Positions 55,452 to 64,000 of a stretch of DNA of 64,000 nt are shown piece by piece; positions within the stretch are counted from its first letter, which is position 1; every line of letters starts with the position of its first letter. Position numbers and translations under genes: made by a program. Origin of the DNA: Carcharhinus amblyrhynchos (taxonomy: Eukaryota); NCBI GenBank assembly GCA_965287045.1, contig OZ336875.1, forward strand, positions 100,936,001-101,000,000, read 5' to 3'. The notes beneath the pieces are model-generated. The model had not been told where the DNA came from and did not search any database. It saw nothing but the letters and a program-made list of their open reading frames with translations.

Positions 55452-55695
55452 ATAGTGGAGGCATGCCCCTATCTACACCAATGGGGATGAAGTAGAAATG
55501 GTCATGAGCTTCAAGGTTTTAGGTGTCCAGATCACGAACAACTTCCAATGCCTCTACTTTCTCAGAAGACTAAGGAAATTTGGCATTGCCGCTACGACTC
55601 TCACCAACTTTCATAGATGCACCATCGAAAGTATTCTTTATGGTTGTATCACAGCTCGGCATGGCTCCTGCTTTGTGCAAAACAGCAAGAGACTA
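55452..55695 (+). mobile_element. Rex1/Babar-type LINE fragment
   Basis: FKVLGVQITNN...LYFLRRLRKFG...LTNFHRCTIESILYGCITA. Confidence 0.7.
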
Positions 55696-55834
55696 TTTGT
55701 TGTCTTCATGTGCTGCACCTGCAAGCTTACCTTCAGTTTCACAAAATACCTTGCATAAATGCCAACTGGCTGATTTTGTACTATGCCAACATGTCCATTG
55801 TTACCACAAAATTGGGGGATGATAGGATTTGGGA

Positions 55835-57278
55835 ATTTGATTTATCATTGTCACATGTATTAGTATATAATGAAAAGTATTGTTTTTTGCACACTATACA
55901 GGCAAAGCATATCATTCACAGAATAGGAATGCAGAGTGTGCAGAATGTTGTATTACAGTCATTGCTAGGCTTTAGAGAAAGCTCAACTTAATATGAGGTA
56001 AATCCATTCAAAAGTCTGATGGCAGCAGGGAAGAAGCTGTTATTGACTTGGTTAGCACATGTCTTCAGACTTTTGTGTCTTTTTCCCGATTGGAAGAAAG
56101 TGGAAGAGAGGATGTCCAACATGTGTGCAGACCTGGCTGCTTTTCCGAGGCAACGGGAGGTGCAGACGGAGTCAATAGATGCGAGGCTGGCTTGTGTCAT
56201 GGACTGGGCTTCGTTCATAATCCTTTGTAATTCCTTGTGGTCTTGGACAGAGTAGGAGCCATGTTAAGCTGTGATACATCAGGAAAGAATATTTTAAGAA
56301 CATAAGAAATAGGAGCAGGAGTAGGCCATCTAGCCCTTCGAGCCTGCCCTGCCATTCAATAAGATCATGGCTGATCTGAAGTGGATCAGTTCCATTTTCC
56401 CGCCTTCTCCCCATAACCCTTAATACCCTTGTCTATCAGAAATCTATCTACCTGTGACTTAAACATATTCAGCGAGGTAGCCTCCACCACTTCAGTGGGC
56501 AGAGAATTCCAGAGATTCACCAGCCTTTGAGTGAAGAAGTTCCTCCTCAACTCCGTTTTAAACTGGCCCCCCCACCCCTGGCTTATTTTGAGGCTGTGCC
56601 GTCTAGTTCTGTTTTCCTTTCTAAGCGGAAAGAATCTCTCTACCTCTACTCTATCTAGCCCCTTCGTTATCTTATATGTCTCTATAAGATTCCCCCTCAG
56701 CCTTCTAAACTACAATGAGTACAGGCCCAGTCTATTTAATCTCTCCTCATAAGCTAACCCCCTCATCTCCGGTATCAGCCTGGTGAACCTTCTCTGTACT
56801 CCCAAGGCCAATTTATCCTTGCGCAAATAAGGGGACCAAAACTGCACACAGTACTCCAGCTGCGGCCTCACCAGTGCCTTGTACAGCTGCAGCAAGACCT
56901 CCCTGCTCTTATATTCTATCCCCCTCACGATAAAGGCCAATATTTCGTTTGCCTTCTTGATCACTTGCTGCATCTGCCGACTGAGTTTTTGCGATTTGTG
57001 CACAAGGACCCCCAGGTCCCTCTGCACAGTAGCATGCTGCAACTTTTCACCCTTTAAATAATATTCTCTCCTACTATTATTTCTACCAAAGTGGATAACC
57101 TCACATTTGCTAACGTTATACTCCATCTGCCAGGACCTCGCCCACTCACTCAGCCTATCCAGATCTCTCTGCAGACTTTCCACGTCTTCCACACATTTTG
57201 CTTTTCCAGTCATCTTCGTGTCACACGTATTTCTATAGTGCATCTGTAAAAGTTGGTGAGAATCATAGCGGACATGTT
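55835..57278 (-). mobile_element. Rex1/Babar-type LINE 3' end, split by a CR1 insertion
   Basis: MSAMILTNFYRCTIE (57230-57276) continues after the insertion at 56294 into ...NSFFPAAIRLLN. Confidence 0.7.
56295..57222 (-). mobile_element. Comparatively young CR1 LINE 3' portion
   Basis: Open RT C-terminus LQRDLDRLSEWARSWQMEYNVSKCEVIHFG...RDLGVLV...LYKALVRPQLEYCVQFWSPYL plus 3' UTR. Confidence 0.9.
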
Positions 57279-57320
57279 GCTGCTGCTATTATTTGTTATT
57301 GGAAGCTGTGTTTCTAGGGA

Positions 57321-57507
57321 GAGTAAGAAGTCTCACGACACCAGGTTAAAATCCAACAGGTTTATTTGGAATTACAAGCTTTCGGAGTGAGTTACCTGAT
57401 GAAGGAGCAGTGCTTCAAAAGCTCATGATACCAAATAAACCTGTTGGACTTTAACCTGATGTCATGAGACTTCTTAGTGTGCCCACCCCAGTCCAATGCC
57501 GGCATTT
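57321..57507. mobile_element. Fold-back Penelope-like terminal element (same family as 2549-2834)
   Basis: taagaagtctcacgacaccaggttaaa / tttaacctgatgtcatgagacttctta arms. Confidence 0.7.
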
Positions 57508-57989
57508 CTAGAGGAGAGCTTTGCTGTTTTATGCCTCACTTAGCCTGAGGATACGTGCATTTAGAGCCCCCACTGCATCCCAGCCATTTGGTTTGTAAAA
57601 ACATGGAAATTGTTGTCTCTGCTGCTGACAAATTCTCCAGTGGGGAGGAGTGGGAGAGGTGGAGGAGATTGAGAGGCAGAGGAAGAAGGTTAGATGGTCG
57701 GGGCAGGCTGCATTGGTGGTGTACTCGGGTGGCAGAACTGTATAGGAGTAAATGATTGAAGGAGGCATGATGCTGCAACAACGGATGTATGGAGCAAGGC
57801 TGTCACCTGAGTATATATGTCATCAGCCGCACTCACAAGACAGCCCCGAACATCACCCAAGCACAACGCAATGCCATCCGTGCGCTCAAGACCAACCGCA
57901 ACATTTTTTTTAATGACTCCTACCTGAGCACATAGGCAGAGAATGAGTTACCTTTAAATATCAGAGACAGAGTGCTGGAAGAAACCTAA

Positions 57990-59200
57990 GTTCCCCAGAA
58001 CCACAATGACTTCTCTCTGCAAGATGCTGGTGGGGGCAATAGCTCCCAACTGATGGTCATCCAATGCCAATGGCCATCAAGAGTACTGTTGTACTGAATT
58101 TCTTTGCCAATGGTTTCTTTCAAGCTGCTTGTAGAGACCTCAGTGGCATTATGCAACCTACTGTGCATGATTGCATTAAGGTTTTCACAGATACAGGCCA
58201 GAATTCTTTGGTCTCGCATGCCCCACAGCCGCTGCCAGCAAGAACAGAGAATTTGGCACTCAGCCGTAGGTGTGGTCAAAGAATTCCAGCAACAATGTTT
58301 TAAAAGGCAGGCCAGTATTTACATTGGACACTCAGTCAACTTGAACAGGCCAGAAGCTTTGTAGCGATGGCAAGTTTCCCAGGATTCAGAGAGCAATAGG
58401 ACAGCAGCAAGGAGCAGCAGGCCAGCCTTTACATTAATTAACAAGAGGGGCTGTCTCTCCGTAGAATTGTAGAATCCCATACTGCAGAGACCATTTGACA
58501 CATCTCGTCTGCACCAACTCTCTGAAAGAGCATCTTACCCAGCCCAACCACCTCCTATAACTGCAACCCTGTGCATTTACCTTGGCCAATCCACCTAACC
58601 TACGTATCTTAGGACTGTGTGAGAAAACACACGCAAACACGAGGAAAACGTACAAACTCCACACATTCACCCAAGTTCGGAATTGAACCCAGGTCCCTGG
58701 TGCAGTGAGGCAGTAACGCTAACCACTGTGCCATCATGCCACTCCTTAAATGTCCAGTTGATATGTGACCACAATCAAAAAATTATGCAGTCTGCACTAG
58801 GTACCTGGGCAACAGCCACCACTCCAACTCTAGAACTCCCAGGTGCCAGATATTTTTAATGAACCTTATGCTCTGTATGTTCGGCATCTGGGTGACAAGG
58901 GTTGTGCTTTGAAGAGCTGGCTCATGATGCCTGTGAAGGCTCCTAGGACACACGGACAGGAGTTATAGCATCACCAGCAACATCGTCAGTCAGGCAATTG
59001 GGCTGCTCAAGATGAAGTTCGGATGCTTGGATACATCAGGAGGAGCATTACTGCATGGATTATCTAAGAATGTCATTGATGGTATTTGGATGCTGTTCTC
59101 TTCATCACCTTGGCAGTCAGAGAGTGGATACCCTGGAGGAAAAGAAGAACCAAAATAGCCATCCTTCCTCTGATGATGAAATGATGAGGAAAGACCTCGA
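57990..59200 (+). mobile_element. Decayed Harbinger DDE transposase
   Basis: PMAIKSTVVLNFFANGFFQ...TVHDCIKVFTD; SLNVQLICDH; LGDKG..LKSWLM; QAIGLLKMKFGCLDTSGGAL; interrupted by HE1. Confidence 0.75.
58461..58740 (-). mobile_element. HE1/V-SINE copy inside the transposase remnant
   Basis: Family similarity. Confidence 0.8.
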
Positions 59201-60394
59201 TGGAGAGGTGCAAGTGCTGGATGGATTTGAAATTGGGAGTGTTTCAGATCTGTTTTCTGGGCATGTTTTCAGGCCCCTCCATGTGCACGCCGTCTGCAAA
59301 AATATCAGCAAGCCGATTGCTTACTGCAGAAGCCAGTGGGCAGGGCCTGAAACCCTGCAGAGGGAAGCAGTGCGCGTGTGCAGGCCTCTGATACTGCACC
59401 TGCGCATCAGCAGTAACCGGGGTCTGACATTGAAGGGAGAGCTGTCAGGCCCCCTGCTCATTGCAGGCTCCCTGAAACTACTCCCCCTCCCCCCCTGCAA
59501 TTGTGGGGGCCTACTGCTTGATATATAGACCCTACCAATCACCCTCCCGCCCAGACCAATTGCCCCCACTTCCTCTTCCCCCCCCCCCCCCCCCCAACCC
59601 CACCAATCCCTGCAGAGTAGCAGCGGGCCCCCATCCCTGGCACTGCCTGGTGGGCATTGCCCAAGTGCCAGGGTGGCACTGCCTAACTGGCACTGCCCAA
59701 GGAACCAGACCCCTTGCCCTCAGCCTCCCTGGGGGGGCCTCAATGGTCTCCAGTTCCACTGGTGAGGCTAAGTTGACTGCTGTCCGTTCATAGGGAGCAT
59801 GTCTGTTTCTCACCGGCAAGAACCTTTCCCAGCGAGGTCATAAAGGGAAGCGGGCCCAGACGAATGAGCACCAGGCTCACTAAGCAGATGTAAAGCAGCA
59901 TTATAATATATTTCCCTATATTAACCTGCCTCCCGCCCATTACCAGTAAGAGGCTCACTGTGCTAGAAATGGCGCCAGTTGTAAAAACCGGTGCCAATGC
60001 CCTCAGCACTTAACGCCCAACTTTATCACCATGTCATGCCTGAAAACAGGTGCAAAGTGAAGGTAAAATCTTCCCCTAGTTCTGATACTATATCTGAGAA
60101 TCTTGCTTAAAAGAAGAACTTCCTTCTAGTCTTAAACTTGGGTAAATCGCAGGGTCACCTGACACTGTCCTGCACTAGATGCACTTTTAAATTCGTGGCC
60201 AAGACCACCTTCCAGGTCACGACATTTGATTTTGACCCCAAACATCTCTGCCTCCATTTACGAATGAACAGGGAATGACAATGCAATGACATTGCAAGCT
60301 AAAAGCTTGCTCTGCGGCTATTATTGTTGTTTTGGATGGCATGCCGCACCAGCAGGAGTAGGAATCAGTAGTCTACCTTCTTCTCGGTGCCTAT

Positions 60395-60722
60395 CATAGA
60401 ATTCCTACAGTGCAGAAAGAGGCCATTTGTCCCATTGAGTCTGTACTAAGTCTGTCAGCACCCTTCCCTCTCCCCTAACCCACACACTTCCCATGGCTAA
60501 TCCCCCTAACCTACACAGCTTTGGCTACCAAGGGACAATTTAGCATGACCAATCAACCTAATACGCAGATTTTTGGAACGTTGAAAGAAACTGGAGCACC
60601 CAGAAGAATCCCATGCAGACATGGGAGAAAGTGCAAACTCCACACAGTCACCCAAGGGTAGAATTGAACTCAGGTCCCTGGTGCTGTGAGGCAGCAGTGG
60701 TTAACCACTATGTCAACATGTT
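60395..60722 (-). mobile_element. HE1/V-SINE copy
   Basis: Family similarity. Confidence 0.85.
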
Positions 60723-63700
60723 GCTCACCAATATGCACTGTATGTTCAATCCTTTGTATTTTGGTCTGTTCTCCTTTCTTGTGCTTTTACTGACTTATTG
60801 TCACAGGTAGAGTGCATTCTTAAGATGTTTGTGTTCCTCTGCAGTTTATTAAAGTTGAGAACTGCAAAGAGAAAACAGCAAGCATCTGTATTTTAGGATA
60901 TCTGATTGCTCCTAGGGTGTGTTGCAATCATATCTACGAGACATTTATTTCTTGTAGGGTTCAAAGGCTAACACTTAAACTTTCAGCATTCTACCCTTCA
61001 ATATTTCTCTGAATCAAACGTATCGCTCTCTCTCTGAAGCTCATTTTATAAGAAAAGGAAAATATTCTGAGATCTTGAATGTAGCATTCTTAATAATCAA
61101 ATGATTAGTCAAATCTCATTTCAGCTAAATGCCATGGCTAAAGCAACCCAAAGCAATATCCTGAATGAATATCAAAATCTTACAAAGTTTGATGTAGAAT
61201 AATGCTTAATAGAATGTTACTTAGTTAGTTATTGTAATCCTGACATGCTTTTGGACATTCATATGTGCATTCATATCCATCTGAATTTAATTTTCCTAAC
61301 CATTGACTACTTTCTGTCACGCTATCTATATTAAAAATCTTAAATCTACACACAATTCCTGTCAAGATTTTTTTCCCATTTATAAATTCTTATGTCCACT
61401 AGAGGGAGGATGCAATTACAGCATGACAAGTTTACATAGGCCATTTCCACTATGACTGTGGACATTAGAATTTAAAATGGAAATGCAAAGATAAAGAAAG
61501 AATGTATAGCCTTAAAATTGGGACTGAATTCTGTCTGTATTCTCTGCTGCAATCACCCCTCCACTCCTTCAACCCTGCTTCATCTGAGTACTACCTGTGA
61601 TTTTGACTCTTTACCTGTGGTGCTCAGGTAGCTCAACTGGTGGTTTATGTTCCTTAAAATCAGAGCTTAATTCTCAATAATTGCTGTTGAAATAAAGTCA
61701 ATTGGTTTCTACATCTGTGGTTGAACAACATTAGATAGGTCACTGGAGTCCAAAAATATACCACAATTTTATGAAGAAGGACATTCATGAACTTCTTTGA
61801 ACAGTTGGTCCTCCAAGAAATTTCTTCAGGCACCAACACCACTCGTGTTGTAGTTTTATTTAAATTTCTCAGGATATCCAGGAAATTCCTGTGTGTCTGA
61901 GGATCCTCAGTTTCAGTTAAAGTTCTTTGGAGAGGTGAGGAAGAAAATAATAACATTACAAATCACATGGCAGTCCGAGGTGCTTACCCTCAGTGGGTTT
62001 GTTTTGAACTGTTGGTAAGTAGGCAAATGCATTGTCAATTAGCCCATGGCAAAATGCCACAAATGGTAAATGATAAGAGATCAGTTTTCTTTGGTGGTAT
62101 TGTTGCCTGATACAATTGGGTAATTATTTGTGTTTCTTTGAATATACCATGGGATTGTGTATGTTCATCAAATTTTAATGTTTAATTTGAAAAGTAGCGC
62201 CATTGACAATGCAGCATTTTCTCAGTATTATGTCAGCCTAGATGAGATGCACAAGACCCTAGTGGACCTTCTAACATGTAGGTGAGAGTGTTACTAACTG
62301 AGCCAGATCAACTATGTAACAACAATGTTATACTGGAATATACTGCAAAATAATGGAGGGGGGGGGGGAGGGTTTTATGACCCCCTCCCACCAGCAGGGT
62401 TTTCCAGTCCCACCAAAGTCAATGGACTTTTGAACGGCTCATCGCATTTTACAGCCCTGACCCCCACCAACCCCCAGGACTGGCCCGTAAAATCCTGTTG
62501 AATGATAAGCCTCACTCTTTTTTAATAAACAAATCACGCAGTTTCTTCAGACAAAGGTGGCTGCAGGGTAAAATGTGAAAATCCAGAAGTTACTGTCACA
62601 GATGTATTGGTGATTTCCCAAGCATAACATCTCAACTTCTTAACTCACCATTCAAATATATTATTCCTTTATGAAGTTCTTTACTTGCAAGGTGATTGCA
62701 AAGTGAACTCGCCACACAAGTTGGTGAGTTTTATGGTCTTATCCATTTCAGTCTAGGACTTTTTTTCTCCAACAGTGTTGTTATGATTCAAGTCAGAAAC
62801 TCTAAGTGTTTTATAGAGCCCTCCTGGATCATAGGTTTTGCAATTTGAATTTGGCTAGGATAAGCAATGAAGCAAGTATGATTCAAATGATTCACCAGGA
62901 AGCTTTTATCAAAGTTTATTTAAGAATATTAGCAATAACTTTTATCAACTACAAACAAAACAAATATGTATAACCCTGAAAATGTATATCTAAGATGTTC
63001 CAATCAAACCAATCCCATAAACAAAACCTTTTCACAGATTTAACATAGCAAAGATTAATGCTGGTGTGATACTGGATTGAGTCCTTTAGTTGGAGAATTG
63101 AAAATCTTGATTTCTCAGCTTTGGCAGTCCTCTGAATACACACAGAACAGTTTGAAGTCAGAGCAGCTTCTCAGAACACCATGGAGAGAGAGAGATACTA
63201 CTTTTTAGCTTGACAACCCCTTCTAAAACTAAACTAAACACTGCTGCCAACCAGAAACAGAAAATGAAACATTGAATTCCCTAAAGAAACTGACCAGAAC
63301 CCATGCCCTTCCTCCTAAAAATGCAGGACCATAAAACAACCCAGAGTAAAAATAAATAAATCCCATTTAAACCACTGAAGGAGCAATAAAAGGCCCCCTA
63401 TAGACAACTTGGCAGCAATGAGAGCTGGGAGCTACAAAGAACATATTTTTTTAAAAACTGTTAAAGGTCCACTAACATCACAATGTGACAAAAGTCTACC
63501 TGCTGCCAGCCTCTATGATGAATTTTTATAAGTGTAGAGTCTTATTCTTGCATTTTTAAATTGTTGGTGAAGATTATTTTTAATCAAATTAATTGATTTC
63601 TATTTTCCTTTCTATTTCTCTTAATCCAATCTTTGTTTCTTTTTCAATATTTTGCTTCCTGTACCTGACTGGACGTTAAATTCATTATTCTGTCCTGCGT

Positions 63701-63769
63701 TTCCCAGCTCCATCTCTTCACCACTCATTAGTAATTTCAATCTGATTGGTACAGGAGAGACAGAGAACA

Positions 63770-64000
63770 ACAAAAAGAGCTATACAGGACCAGGCCCTTC
63801 AGCCCTCCTAGACTGTGCTGATCATGATGTCCTAACTAAATGAACAAAAAAACCTTCCGTACTTTTCGATCTATATCCCTCTATTCCCTCACTACTCATG
63901 TATCCATCCAGATGCCTCTTAAATGTTGCTAATGTGCCTGCTTCCATCACCACCTCTGGCAGCGCATTTCAGGCACCCACTACTCTGTGTGGAAAAACTT
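63770..64000 (-). mobile_element. CR1 LINE 3' end running off the window
   Basis: caggcccttcagccc tail and ccatcaccacctctggcagcgcatttcaggcacccac (VGAWNALP motif on the minus strand). Confidence 0.7.

Noticed and set aside
57815-57905. Short Penelope RT-like peptide (QAQRNAIRALKTNRN)
   Set aside because: Too short to call confidently as a feature
47703-64000. Terminal exon 17 (HVKEEP...EDLE*)
   Set aside because: Not seen by eye; probably downstream of the window, but a translated search is needed to exclude it

Overview
Eukaryotic, vertebrate DNA. The HE1/V-SINE, CR1, Penelope-type and Harbinger repeats point to an elasmobranch (shark); I cannot name the species. The whole window appears to lie inside one + strand gene, FOXP2. 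Nine GT-AG coding exons match human FOXP2 exons 8-16 in size and phase (105, 88, 84, 202, 77, 102, 122, 70, 164 bp). They encode the C2H2 zinc finger, leucine zipper, CtBP motif PLNLV and the complete forkhead domain. Exon 7 and terminal exon 17 were not seen. The rest is intron: decayed transposons alternating with repeat-poor AT-rich blocks, plus three N runs. Main observations: (1) a decayed second forkhead exon in intron 14 that resembles the mutually exclusive FOXP1-ES exon 18b and is flanked by YGCY clusters; (2) a hairpin in intron 9 matching the human MIR3666 precursor; (3) an intron-8 block resembling the human POU3F2-bound FOXP2 element. All comparisons to human sequences are from memory and need alignment. 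Repeat boundaries are approximate.
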